A stretch of 63,768 nt of DNA, filler included, from Licmophora abbreviata (GCA_900291995.1; 7 parts of 7 records of this genome joined end to end with filler, not necessarily neighbours in it), one strand, 5' to 3'; counted from the first letter of the whole stretch, positions 1 to 12,609 are shown. Translations and numbers: made by a program. Notes: a model not told the origin generated them from the sequence alone.

Positions 1-405
1 TAGTCGCCGCGCCAAAGTTGGGTTCACGTTGAACTGCGTAGCCTCAGTACTGAAAGGAACCTGGAGAATTCAAATCGCGCCGTCATGGCGTGGAAGATCG
101 CGGCGCATGCCATGAACAAACGCTGTGTGTGTCTAAACCGGGGTTGTGTGCCGCGTTCTCTCTTTGTGTCCGACCACCTGCACAGTCTTACTCTCCAGAC
201 CGTGGTGAGACGTATCTTTTGGTCTGATTGACTCAGTGCGGCGATTTATCGGTGTCTTCAGAAGTCGAAGTTCATTCTCATTGGCGTTTCCTTTTCTCCA
301 GTCACCATCATCGCTGCGGACACAGCACAATTACGCAACATCAGCAAGACGTGCTTGTCGATCGATCGATTGATCTCAAATCTTAACGCTCCCTTGATCA
401 CCGCC

Positions 406-1907
406 ATGTCTTCTTCTACTTCTTGGCACCTTACTCAAGTCGTCTGCGTCGAGCCGCGTACCTGGGCGGGCATCAATCGTCCCGGTGGCGTCGGCAAGAT
501 TGTCAAGATCCACCACGACGACGGCTTTGTGGAGAGCGTCGACGTCCGATACATTGTCGGAGGGGGCCTCGACACGCAGATCGACCTCTGTTTCGTCAAG
601 GCTCATACGGAATTGGGTCGCCAGCAGCGGTCTCGGCGTAAGAGAGACTTCTTTCAAGCGTCACCAGCAAAGCGAAGGAATGAGGATGGTGGGGATGATC
701 GTCCATCAGTTTTGTTGGACGTCGACGACGAACGGCGACAGAAACAGGCGACAGAGGGAAATGTATCGAAGCAGACAACGAAGAAAAGGCATGCCGACAA
801 GGACAAGTGTACTTCCAGGACGACTCAGCGCGCCGTGCATCAAACCGAGACAGCCGCCAAGAGTGAGTCATCCGACTCCAATGTACCGGCGACCATTTCC
901 TTCGCGTCCGAAGAGTGCAGCGTCTCCCCGCTACCGGATACTCCTATAGCTGTCTTTCGCAGACCAACGTCCAAGTCTACTACTTATACGACCACTGCAA
1001 AGAGGTCGCTTGCGTTGTCGGATGAGACGCGAAAGAAGAAATCTACAGCCGCGACTGGCACCAAGAAGAATACCAAGTCAAGGAAGAAATCGTCTAAATC
1101 GACGGCGATCAAACAACCTGTCGATCCCGATGCCAATCGTCGGGCTTTAGCGAGTTTCAAGAACCACAACGTGTCGGACAACCAGCATCAACCCAAATGG
1201 AAACAGGCCAAGCTCACCGCGTTGAAACAACCCGTCACAACAAGCAAACCACCGACGGCACCTCCAACACAAAAGACAGCGAGCAACAACAAGAAGTTAA
1301 CTGCCGGCCACAAGACCAAGGCGGTCGCCGAAGCCATCCTTGGTAAAGCCGCAGGGATTTCTGCAATTCGTCCTCGTGCGGCTGTCGAGACATCAGGGCC
1401 CGACCGTGTACCGCTCAAGGACGTGTATCGGAATCACATGGAGCGCGCAAGTGATTTCGTCAATGACATTGTTGGCAAGCCAGCGGATGTGCCGTCGGCA
1501 GTGGTGCCTGCAGCGCATCTTGAACCTCCGCCAGCAGATTCAACTCCAGTCGAAGCTCTTCCGGCGATCGACGCGAGGTGCGTACACGGTTCTCGTTCGA
1601 TTGCTTGCTGCGTTTGCTTGTTGGTGCGAAGCTTGTGCCTCCATATGGCGCACGTGTCTCTAACACAATCGCTTCATTCTCTTGCTCTCGATACAGTCGA
1701 CTGACAATGTTTACCGACATTCTGGGCAACGTTCTGATGCTGAAGCAAGAGCTGAGCGTGGACGATATCCTTTTGCACGTGAACGGTGATACAAGACTGA
1801 GGGACGCCAACCCCTTTACGACCAATGAACGCGACGCCTGTTTGGTACACCTCAACGACAAGGACACGCTCATGCTCAGCGATGGCATGGTCTTTAGCTT
1901 GCTTTGA
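406..1907 (+). CDS. Hypothetical protein: N-terminal Tudor/SH3-like domain, long Lys/Thr-rich linker, C-terminal MCM3-like winged helix
   Basis: ATG at 406. GT..AG intron 1578-1696 joins ORF 355..1704 to ORF 1578..1907 in frame. C-terminus RLTMFTDILG...PFTTNERDACLVHLNDKDTLMLSDGMVFSLL resembles the MCM3 C-terminus. Confidence 0.7.
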
Positions 1908-2089
1908 GCTAATACCGACGATGCGAGGCTACAGTCGCGCACAACAAAGAGTCGCCATCCCACCCATTCCGAGACACATTCCAGCGCATCGACGTTCAAT
2001 GTATCATAGCGCTTCTATATATATTGTAGGAGATTCGATTCGTCTACAGCTGATCTGTATTCTTACGATATACCTTGTGCCTTTCTGTC

Positions 2090-2602
2090 TTAGCCTGTTA
2101 TCTCGTACTTGGTCGGGTCAAAGCCAGGTATAGGCGGCGTGTCCACAGGAATCCTCCTCCACATTGGCGGCGTCTCCCAATCGTCTTCCAAGGCCGCTTC
2201 CTTGAGTTTTGTATTTCGGGGCAACATGTTGATGGCATGCTGTTTCATCTGAACCTTGCAAGACAAATCATGCTGCTGTTCATTGTGTCGCTTAAACTTT
2301 CCAATGACGTAATTGTTTCCTATCTCGTGCCTTCGTTTCTTTTCTTCTTCAGATGGCGGAGGCGGCGCAGAGTACGGCGCATCGAGCGCCTTGAGCACAG
2401 TTTCCAACGACTTGTCGCGGACGCCAGTGCCGCCACTCTTTTTTGGAGCCTTCTTGCGGGATGCCGCTGCGTTGTCACTGAAATAACGAAAGGATGCAGA
2501 GGAGAGCGACGACGAGGGAAGTGGCAATGTGGAGATGGAGGCGATGTAGTGGCGCCAGCACAACATCCCGGAGTTTCGCAGCAGTCCTTGGGAACAAGAC
2601 AT
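2090..2602 (-). CDS. MRPL40: Mitochondrial ribosomal protein mL40 (MRPL40/MRP-L28 family)-like
   Basis: Ser/Arg-rich transit-like N-terminus. C-terminal KQHAINMLP..LKEAAL..PPMWRRIPVDTPPIPGF is typical of mL40. Start codon uncertain. Confidence 0.7.
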   Translation of the reverse strand: MSCSQGLLRNSGMLCWRHYIASISTLPLPSSSLSSASFRYFSDNAAASRKKAPKKSGGTGVRDKSLETVLKALDAPYSAPPPPSEEEKKRRHEIGNNYVIGKFKRHNEQQHDLSCKVQMKQHAINMLPRNTKLKEAALEDDWETPPMWRRIPVDTPPIPGFDPTKYEITG

Positions 2603-2883
2603 TTTCAAAGTCAATTCAAGTGATGGTCAGATCAAAGACGATAGCACACGCGCGCTGCTGTACAGCATTGATGCAACCGACGGTAAGAGACAGGGCTGCG
2701 GCCTCTATGGCTCGCCGTTCACCATGAGCCCGCAGAGCTTCGCTGCGATTGTGTTGCGTCTCTCTTCCTTTCCTTTTCTCCGGTTGACAACGGGTCATGA
2801 CGCCAAAGCTGTGTCTACCGCACGTTTTCGGCGCGCGCTTTTTCTTCGCCTGTGTTTCACAAACGTCTGACAAAAACTCCACC

Positions 2884-4030
2884 ATGACGATCACAATGAT
2901 GCTGTCGTCGATGCGTCGTGCCGCTCGGCCGTGTGCCATGATCACACGGCTGCCTCGTCGTACTGAAGTACCCACACTATCTTCCAAAGCAGTAGTAGTG
3001 TCCAGCATCCGACAGCCCATGATGATGATGATGATGTCTTCGCCCGCCGCTACTGCTGCGCCAGTGTCCCTCCGCTTGTTGAAAGAGCTTCGAAGTCAGT
3101 CGGGCGCACCCATGGTCGAATGTAAGAAAGCGTTGGAGCAGTCGGACAACGACATGAACGGCGCCATGGATTGGTTGCGACAGCACGGTGTCGCCAAGGC
3201 TAGTAGCAAAACACAAGGACGGGACGCCTCCGAAGGATTGGTGGGTGTCCGCGTGGCCAGTGATGGAAGCTCGGCGGCACTCGTCAAGGTTTCGTCCGAA
3301 ACGGATTTTGCGAGTCGAAGTGAGGCGTTTGTGACTCTTGTAACGCATGTGGCGGATGCAACACTGCATATGAGTCAAACGGGAGTGTTGGGTGAAGAAG
3401 ACGTGAAGCAGTCTTACTTTCACGACAAGACTGTCCAACACGTATTGGACGAGGCGGTGCTTTCCATTCGGGAGAACCTGGGCCTCGCGAGTGCATTGCG
3501 ATTGGCGGCCAGTGATGGCGGTATCTGTGTCGGTTATGTTCACGGCCGCATCGATTCGTCGGATGTAGCGGGAAGGGCGGCTGCGATTGTGCGCGTCTCG
3601 TCCAAGGCCGGAAACGATGTACCACAGGATGTCTTGCAGGAAGCTGGCAAGAAGCTAGCAATGCATATCGTTGCAGCCAAGCCACAGTACCTGAATCCTG
3701 AAGATGTGCCTGAATCAGTACTAGAGAAGGAGCGAGTTATACTGAAGGAGCAGGTGAGTGGGGACGACATTTGCGGAAACGGACTTGATGGTATGCTGGC
3801 CATTTCTAACACTCTTTGTCACCCATCCACCCATATATTCTTAGTTGGCCGACTCCGGAAAGCCAGACGACATTCTAGATAAGATTGTGACGGGACGAAT
3901 GCGAAAGTTTTACGAAGGAGTATGTTTGACAGAGCAGGCTCACATGGTCGAGGATGGGAACCCCAAGGTATCGAAAGTGTTGGATGGGCTAGGTATAGCC
4001 GTGACCCAATTTGAAGTGCAGTCGGTTTAG
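2884..4030 (+). CDS. TSFM: Mitochondrial elongation factor Ts
   Basis: [19 protein letters not shown] (UBA-like), ETDF and [13 protein letters not shown] motifs. Intron 3754-3844 joins the last exon 3845..4030 in frame. Mitochondrial-type presequence. Confidence 0.93.
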
Positions 4031-4585
4031 CTATTCCATTTGAAACTATTCAACATTGGCATCTTCTACATTGGCGTTTTCACTCCTAGAGCTAAGTGTG
4101 ATTGGGATTCGGTGCTCTCGTCGCTAGACATGTGTAGACCATCTCGCCTTGTTGAAACCAACGGCGGAGGTCGTGAGCGAGTTGAGACGAGTCGAGTGAG
4201 TCGCAAGCGGCTCCATCAACGTCTGGCCTTCGCACCACACTTCGCTGTCTTCAAAGAATTGGAAAGTGCGAGATTTGAAATGGGGATCCAGAGCTTCAAG
4301 TCTGTAGATACGTCAGTGATCGTCGTGGGTTTTCGCGGGAAAACGCCAAGTTGGGCCGGCCAAAGGTATCCGAAGTTGCAGAGCCTCTGTCTTCCACCAT
4401 CCTTTCCTCTGTTTTGTCCATGATGGTCTTGTCCTCAACGGCAAGCTGTATCGACGTAAACGACGATTGCAAGTAGCCGATCGTGCATGCAAACTTGTTC
4501 AAGTGCAGTCAGTGAGAAGCATCGCGAAAACTGGTGAACCTGAACGGGAGAAAGCCTAGACTGCAACAAGCTCTTCGTCATTTCC

Positions 4586-6643
4586 ATGGATCGGTACTCG
4601 TGTCAAGGCGCGATGGACGAGGGCGACGCATCTTCGTATGACACTCTGAACATTCTGGAAACTGATCGACTCTCTAGAGCGTGTTCCCTTGCAGAGACGC
4701 GAGGAGAATGCGATCGCGATTCGGAACAGAATAGCACGTCTCCAGTGTCCGTGCTCTCCCTCCCCTCGTCGTTTGTGGTCAACGAGACGACACGGGCACG
4801 ACCAGAGTCTTCCTCTGCCTTTTCCGTTACCCCTACATGCCCAACAGAGTCAACCTACCACGACATACTCGCAAGAGCTTCATTGTCCGCGTTTGGCTTG
4901 GACGTTTCGTCGATTCCCACCTCGTCGAGGACTCCTCGGAACAAAGCTTCGTTTCGTTCGACTATGCCCAGCCCTAGCATTATTGCTACCCCGGAACCAA
5001 AGCTATCCTTTCTCAGAGAGCAGACACGGGTCCTCATGGCTGATGTTGGGGCCGAGGTTGAGGTGACGTTGGGGTCAGAGTGTGGGTATACGTACAATGG
5101 TACGTCCACGCCGAGCCCCGTCAAGAGATCACACTCGATTCCGGTCCCTCCTACGCCACCACCTGCTCGATCCAGTAGTAGCAGTAGCAACGGAGACGAC
5201 CAGAACAGAATTCTTCATCACCGGACGTCGCTGCTTGATTCGGAAGAAACGCCATCTCCGGCACCCCGCGGGAAACTCTTCCACGACAAAACCCCGCCGT
5301 CTCGTGCAGCCGAACCTCGCTTGTTTCCCATATGTTGCGGTGTCGGTCCTGTCGGCTGCTTTTCACCAGAGGATGCAGTGTCCGTCTACGCTGCTGACGA
5401 CCCACAGAAGAACGTCGCGCGAACCATTACAGCCTTCTTGAGTGATCCTGCTGGAGCGGAGAAGGGCGGCTGGTGCAACGGGTGGCAGGCTTGGTCGCAC
5501 TTTGGGGTTGCCGCCTCACCGGAGGCACCTTACAACTCGGAGACAAAGGACGACATGAAACATATTCTGAGGAATCGCGCCTGCAATATGAACTCTCGTC
5601 ATCGTCGGATAAGGCGACTGAAGAATGATTTCGATCCCTTTGACACGACACCATGCAAGAACGCCGCTCTTCCTCTCGGCAGGACCAGCTCCTTCAGTGC
5701 TTCGAAGCAACCTCGATCGGGTCAGCGTCGGTTTGGCACTACATCCACAGAAATTTCGGTCTGGGAAACTATGACGTGCTCCGTAACAGTACCCACCAAT
5801 GACTCTCCCTTTGTGATTCGAACCCGAGGACTCGCCCCGCGGGAAGACGAATTGTGTTATGACAGCGACCCTGAAGAAATTACGCGAGGCAGGTCGCCTT
5901 CCAAGGCCCGGAGTCTGGATTCATCTACGTCAGTACTCAAGGAATTGAATCGAGGCGGGAGCTTTGAGAGCCTCGACTCACCGACACGAAAACATCGGGG
6001 CGGGCGAACGAGTGTTCCTATTTTTGACGATGACGACGACGCTGTCATCAAGGCGACAGTACAGGTGAGTCTGCAGCGTGCCGTTGAAATTAGCATTGTC
6101 TCGTAGGCCTCGTTATCTTATAAATAATATGATGATTCTGCTCGTCGACAGAGCTTCATGAATGAGACCTTTACCTTCGTATGGCATCCTTCCCCGAACG
6201 ACGCTTCGAGCAACGGCAAACCGCAAGCGATGAAAGCCTGGATTGAACGCGGCCAGCAGCTCAACAAATCGCTCGTCCACCCCAAATTTGTCTGGAAACC
6301 CCTGCACTGCTCCAAATCAAAGAAGGGACTTTCGATTGCTGACCCAAAAATGGTAGATCTGCTAGACATGACGCGCATCCTCGAAGTGAATAGCATTGAT
6401 CGCACGCAGTATCCCTTCGCCAAACCTAATCGATCGCTGCTAATCGAATGTCTTGATCAACGGATGATGTTTGAAGCTAGTTCCGAGTCAGAGAGAGATT
6501 GGATTGTCCACAGCTTGAAGCTGATGGTGTCCCGACTCGGCTCCAAGATTATTGTAGAAGACAAATCTGTCTTTGACGAATTCTTCTCATCGGTCCCCGC
6601 GGTACCAGGGACGTCACCAGTCAAACTCCTTTTGAACTCTTAG
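4586..6643 (+). CDS. Hypothetical protein, disordered N-terminus with C-terminal PH-like domain
   Basis: Intron 6065-6151 joins ORFs 4586..6106 and 6158..6643 in frame. MMFEASSESERDWIVHSLKLMV resembles the terminal helix of a PH domain. Confidence 0.7.
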
Positions 6644-6754
6644 TCGCATTGTCTAACACAAGTACGCGTGACATTTAAAGCGCCTTATTATCATTAGTAC
6701 TATTATTCTCTCTAGTAAACTAAGCAGCGTGCTGCCCAATTCACTGTGCTTGGA

Positions 6755-9471
6755 CTACAGGACGACCAGCGACGCAAAATCGCCGGATGTTCGGACGGTA
6801 GCACCCTCGTCATCTGCATTGCTTGTGACAGTTGGAGCAATTTTGGGATAGATACGCTTGTAGAGCGGCAGGCAGACGGTGTCGTGTTGCTTGATAGGAG
6901 CGTTGAAGAGGCATTTCATGGTACCATGTTCGCCAACGCTCTCCAAAATATGTCCATGAAGGCCGTGCTTTGTTGAAAGTCCCGCCGGCTTGAACCATTT
7001 GACATCGTCGGGATTGTAAAACATGTACTTGACAGTTGCATAGCGCTTGTGCACGCGCACTGGATACCCAGTCAACACGATCCTCTTGACGACGATGCGG
7101 TCTGCATCTGCGCCAATCATTGAGCCGATAGCCAGAAGCTCCTTGCTCGACGCGCTTGAACCCTCCGCCGATCGTTCACGAAAGACTAAGACAGGACAGG
7201 GCGTGTACGTTACGGGGCCAAACACGCTTGCAGCGAAGAAGCACCACCTTGAGGAAGAAATCGCTCAAACTTGTGCTTGTCACTGTTGAGATTGTTCTGG
7301 CTGAAGACAGGACGTGCTTTCCATGTCCTCCAGCCACAGCGGAATGTCAGAACGTCCTTGCTCTTGACAGGCATGTTCGGATCTTGATCGCAGTTGGCCG
7401 ACTGGCAAAGGCCCATGTGCAGGACCGAAACTTTATTTTCGTGTGGCAGTAGAGACACGGCAGAAATCACACCGTTCGAGGAAAGGTGCTCGAATGCTTC
7501 CAATGGAACCTTTTCCAATGTTAAAGTTATGTACGAGCCAGAATTCACGCATCCTTCGAGAATGTGTTGCGGCTGGTCGAAAGAAGTAGTGCTGTTGCCC
7601 CAAAGTGTTCCTTCGGCTTCTTCCGCAGCAGCCGTGCGGTCTTTCATATCGGTCATAACATCGCGCTGAGTTGCCTTGAAGCTTGGAAAATGATAAATGG
7701 AGCCGTAACTCTCTGGAAGGTTCTCTTTTGCGTCCCAGTAGGACTTGCGAAAACTCTTCAGGGACCGATACCGCGCAAACCGATCGAGCGCCTTGATGTC
7801 TTCGTGTAGCTCAACTTCGTCGGGAAACTCAAGGTCTTCTCTTTGGCCCTTTTGTCTGGCTTCGAAAAGAGCCTTCTTCTCTTCTGGAGATATTTCGTTG
7901 TCCTCTTCCATGTTCATAATCCCGGTAGCCACCGTTGCTCCAGAATTCGCGGTCGGTTGCTGGTTAAGTGCTCGAGCTAGTTCACCGTGGTCCATTTCAT
8001 CGTCGCTGCCACCCAGCTCATCGACCGCATCGAGCCAAGCTGACTGATAGTCAGACCATCCAGCGGGTCTTTCCACGTCCGCCGCGCCCACAGCTTCTGT
8101 GTCTACAAGGGCTTGCTCGAACTCCTTGTCAAAGCCAACCAAGTTCTGCTCTCCCTCGAGTGCATCGGGAGCTGCAAACCGCTCGAGGCTCTCTCGCCTG
8201 ATTGGATCAGAGTAAATAATATCCCGTTCTTCCTCGTTTTCATCGCCTTTGCTTTGTCGTATTGGGGGCTCAGCCCTCTTTGCAGAGTGGCACGCAAAGG
8301 TCCCAAGATTGGGAACATGTACCAACGCATTCACATCGAGCGGTGTTGTCCCCCGCACATATCCAGTGAGGCGCAATTCCTTCCTCTGCTCGTCGTAATC
8401 ATGTGAGTCAGAGAGGAGATAGGCGCGTGGAGAGTCAGCGATCCACTTCGGAGGCGTTGCAGCCATGGTACAGAGCGTGCGGACCAAGGCAGCAGCGGCC
8501 GCTTGCTTTTGGCGAGTCTCGACGGGATCGAAGTCGTCGCCTACCATGGCATCAGCCTCATCCGATGCCTCTTCAAGAGCCGTCAAATCAATTTCCACAA
8601 CCTTGTCCTTTTCAGGACCAAACTCGGTTGTAGCGAAACGACTAATGTAGTGCTTCAGATCTGCTCGACGCTTGATGGACGACCGGCGAATGCTCTTGGC
8701 GCTCTGCATTGTCATGAAGTCGTCATCCGGCTGCTCCTTGGCGGTATGAGCCAAAATAGTCAAGGGAGTCGGAAGACCCTGGCCTTTGATGGCTGCAAGA
8801 ATGCGATCGCCTCGTCGGCTTATCAAGTGGTCCCAGTCCTGCTGATGCTGGCTCGACTTGTTCGTACGGACCGAGCTCATGTCGCCTCCAATGTGCATGC
8901 CAAGCACATCTGCATCCGGATTCGAACCATTCCCATCCACTACGAAAAGGACAGTGTCACAAACGCGACATAGATCCAACGCCGCCAGCACCGCAGAGTC
9001 ATCAGCGTGTTCATCATAGTGAGGACCAAATGCCTGAGAGTTCGTCAAGTACGTCAACGTGCCATCCTTCTTGTGAACATTGTACTTTGCTGTCACTGTC
9101 GACTCATTCGCTTGCTCTGCCCTAGTAGTAACGCGATCAGCGCCACTCAACAGCAACGTACGAAGGCTTTCTTCGATTTCTTCCGATTCGCCGAGACTGA
9201 TGATTCCAACAACACGAGGCGTCGGGGAAGGGCCACCGGCAGTAAGCCCTCGCTTCTTGCGCTGAATCGCCTGCCGACTGGCAGCTCGCTTCTGCTGCAC
9301 CATATGACGACGATCTGCCTTGGAACGAGCTGCAAGAGCTCCTCCCGAGCGGTTGGAAGCATTGACGCGGCCACCCATTGCTCGATTCACACTGCGCTTG
9401 GAAGCTTTCGAACGCTTGTTGCGCTTATTCGACTGCCGAAGACCTCCGGCTCTGTGGTGATGATTCGGCAT
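6755..9471 (-). CDS. TSR1: Pre-rRNA-processing protein TSR1 (Bms1/Tsr1 family), with an apparent 1-nt frameshift near 7240
   Basis: HRAGGLRQSNK N-terminus, FPDEV..RFARYRSLKSFR, ESVGEHGTMKCLF and LYKRIYPK motifs. Two ORFs (7210..9633 and 6755..7225) differ by one base. Confidence 0.93.
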
Positions 9472-9910
9472 CTCTAAAGTTCTCTGGCTCTTGAAGTATC
9501 GTCTCAGCAATGCACTGTCACAAAGCAAAAGAACAAAGCAAATGCCGAGACGTTTTCCATTTTTTGAGAAGATTACCACATCAATTTTTGCGCGCCGCCG
9601 CCACAAGGAATTAATTTCGTGGTCGTCGTGCAATGAATGACAAGGAGGTTATGAGTCGGCTTGTTTTTCTAACGTCGCTCTAGACTCAAACTAAAGTAAT
9701 ACCCCGATGGTGACTGACATGTTGCAAGAGCGCTTTATCACATCAACACTGTGACATTCCAATATCGTCGGCAAGGCTAACATCAGATGAACTCAATTCG
9801 AAACGTACGTTCACTTGTCAAAAACTATAAGAATGATTAGATTGACAAACGCCTCCTCTCCTATTCGAAGTTCATCGCATCCATTCTCAACTCTTGCCTA
9901 CGCCTCTCGA

Positions 9911-10707
9911 TTACACAAGTTCAATAATGGCCATCTTTGCGTTATCACCTTGTCGCGCCACAGTCCTCAAGACACGAGTGTAACCTCCCTCACGATCCGC
10001 ATAACGATCCGCCGCAGCCTCAAAGAGAGAGTGGACCAAATCCTTATCGTACATCCAGGCCATGGCCTGACGACGCGCATGCAAATCCCCTCGTTTTCCA
10101 AGAGTAATCATATGATCAATGTGCTTACGGACTGCCCTGGCACGTACGAGGGTGGTCTTGATGCGGCCGTGTCGGATGACTTCCGTCGTGAGGGAGCGCA
10201 GCAGGGCCTTGCGCTGATCGGCAGGCTTGCCCAGCTTTTTGAATCCCTTGCGATGACGCATCATTTCCAAACTGGCAGCACCATTGCGACGGGGACGAGC
10301 AGCTGCAGAGGCAGAGTGAGTCACTAGAGATTTACCGACAAAGGCAGATCCGCCCGATACTAATGTGGAGAGGGAAGAACGAACAGAAACATCAAAAGGT
10401 GAGTGGCGAGTGTAGTCGAGTCCAAATTGCAAAAGACCTCGCAACACGCGAGACGCCATGAAATTCAACGTGGCCTGTCGACTTGCTGTATAGAAGACTC
10501 GAAGAATCTCCCCCCAGAAAGTCGATGGCAAGTCATGTAGGTTCCATGCCGTCCACCGCTGCCTTGAATGTCGCTGCCAACCGAACAGACAGAGGACCGA
10601 TCGTTGCTCCTCCTTCTCTGGACGAGCCCTCCATTCCTCCTTTTCCCTTACATACCAAAAGCAGATGCCCCTGTAAGAAAGAGGGCGAGAAGAGCCAAGA
10701 CACGCAT
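9911..10707 (-). CDS. rpl17: Plastid 50S ribosomal protein L17 (nuclear-encoded, bipartite presequence)
   Basis: [24 protein letters not shown]...[18 protein letters not shown]. Exon 1 (10707-10656) encodes [17 protein letters not shown]. Intron 10655-10360. Confidence 0.95.
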
Positions 10708-11027
10708 CCTAAGGCTGATGAAGTATACTGTTGCCACACTACAGTCGATGATGATGAGCTGTGATGTGCGGTGATGGCAGTCGCGTCGCTGTCGTGTGGT
10801 TGTTCTTTCTTCGCGCGCACATGTACGTCAGTCATGTAGACTTGGTACAAAGTGTACGTAGAAGTGATGTGCGGCTCTGGTGGTCATCAGAAGCCTTTCA
10901 AGCTGAGATTCCTGAATGCCTGATATTTTTCGTAGATACAATACGATAAGAGGGAATCTCAAATATATCATCCCTTTTATTTGTTTCGCACCACACAGAA
11001 CAAACGCCACTCTGCCATCACACTACC

Positions 11028-11731
11028 ATGATGAAGGTTGCTCTGCTCTTGTCGCTATTTGCCGGTGCCTCGGCCTTCGGTACGTTCGCCTACTGAGTGA
11101 CGTGTATACTTTGACTGAACAGAAGGAGAAAAAAGACTCGATCGGTGGACTGGAAAGTCATGATGGACGAAATAATGAGGTCTCGTGATATGATGGCGGC
11201 GGCTTATACTTCACCGTGATGGGCGGGGTGCTGTCGGGGGTTCAACAGAAGGCGCCGTGCTAATCACACGCCGTTTACTCTTTCTGGGACATATGACTCG
11301 CCCCCTCTCGACTTGCTCTCTCGTTCTGACTCTTTCTTTCCACTCTCTGTTGTGTCGCGTCGTTCTACACAGGCGTCGCTCCGCGCACACCGGGAGCGAC
11401 ACGCTTCCCCACCGCTGCCTACGGCGCCCTTCCCGAATCGGATCTCTCCGCGGATCAACTCGAGATCAAAAAGATTTCCGACAAGTGGGCCGAGGTTAGA
11501 CTCTTGTCGCGTGAGGAGGCGGAATCCACACTGGAACCCGAGTGGCTCGAAGCCTACAACCGATTCTTTACCAAATACGACGATGACATGGAACGTATGC
11601 AGGAATATGCGGAGAAGATTCAGAAGATGATTGAACCGCCCAAGGTGGAGAGAAAGTCGCTGAAACAGAAGAAGAGAGACGCCTATCCGAGGGTCTTGGC
11701 GCGAGAGGCGGCTCGTAAGGAGCTCAAGTAA
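11028..11731 (+). CDS. Unknown 136-aa plastid-targeted protein with a basic C-terminal tail
   Basis: Exon 1 (11028-11079) encodes MMKVALLLSLFAGASAF. Intron 11080-11372. Exon 2 is open to TAA at 11731 and includes ORF 11504..11731. Confidence 0.8.
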
Positions 11732-12090
11732 ACTAACTCCAGAAAGCAGTGAACGGATTTTTTTTCTCGGCTGGCGTTGGATCGATCGTATTACTCTTAC
11801 AAGAATATGTGTTACGTTTGTGAGAAAGTCGTCAATGCGGGTCCCTTTCCAAATCGATTCGTTTCGTATGGTGCGCCAAGCGTTGTAGAAAAGCCTAGGG
11901 AAAGTCTGAGCCGGGAATGTCGCTTCGTGTATGGTCCAATCAACACGAAGATAGGGTCGATCTGCTGCGCTGCTGCGCAGTTTGAAGGCTACTATGCATT
12001 CGTCGGGTGGCCATCTCGAACCCATGAAAAATATAGTCGTAGGCGGCATCAGCTTGAAGGCCCCGCCCGCCATCTTGCTGTGCGGTCAAT

Positions 12091-12609
12091 TCACGAACGA
12101 ATCCCCAGATGCGCATTCAAGAGTCTAGGGAAGTCATTCGCGTCTCCACCTTCGTGGGGATTCGGGACAAACGCATCCAGATCATTCCACAGTTCTATCT
12201 CTTCTAGATCCGATACCTTGTCGACGACAAAAAGATGGCCACGCTGCGCCATTGCATGCGCTAGCTCCGTCTGATGATTGTCCATCAGATCCGTGTTGAT
12301 CACGACCGCAAGACGCTTCTGCAACCTCATCCCCTCCATGACTGTCCCTGCGCCCGCATGACTCAAAATCAAGTCCGCCTGCATCATATCTTGCTCTAAC
12401 GAAGGCGCAAACTTGTAACATTGGCTCGACATCGGTGACGCGGGTATCTCAGGCTCTTGTCCCCTGCCGTATTGAATCACAATTTTTTTGTATCCATTCT
12501 TCGTCATCCATTCCAGAGCTTCCGGGCGTGTTACTACTTCAATCAAGCGATCGAAACGGGTAGTGCCGACAGTCACAAAGATGCTTCGGGGGGTCGACGA
12601 AGGCGTCAT
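12091..12609 (-). CDS. ALG13: UDP-N-acetylglucosamine transferase subunit ALG13 (GT28 C-terminal)
   Basis: IFVTVGTTRFDRL, ADLILSHAGAGT and VINTDLMDNHQTELA motifs. Confidence 0.95.
   Translation of the reverse strand: MTPSSTPRSIFVTVGTTRFDRLIEVVTRPEALEWMTKNGYKKIVIQYGRGQEPEIPASPMSSQCYKFAPSLEQDMMQADLILSHAGAGTVMEGMRLQKRLAVVINTDLMDNHQTELAHAMAQRGHLFVVDKVSDLEEIELWNDLDAFVPNPHEGGDANDFPRLLNAHLGIRS

Noticed and set aside
3019..3036. (ATG)6 poly-Met in EF-Ts
   Set aside because: It is a simple trinucleotide expansion within a poorly constrained transit peptide.
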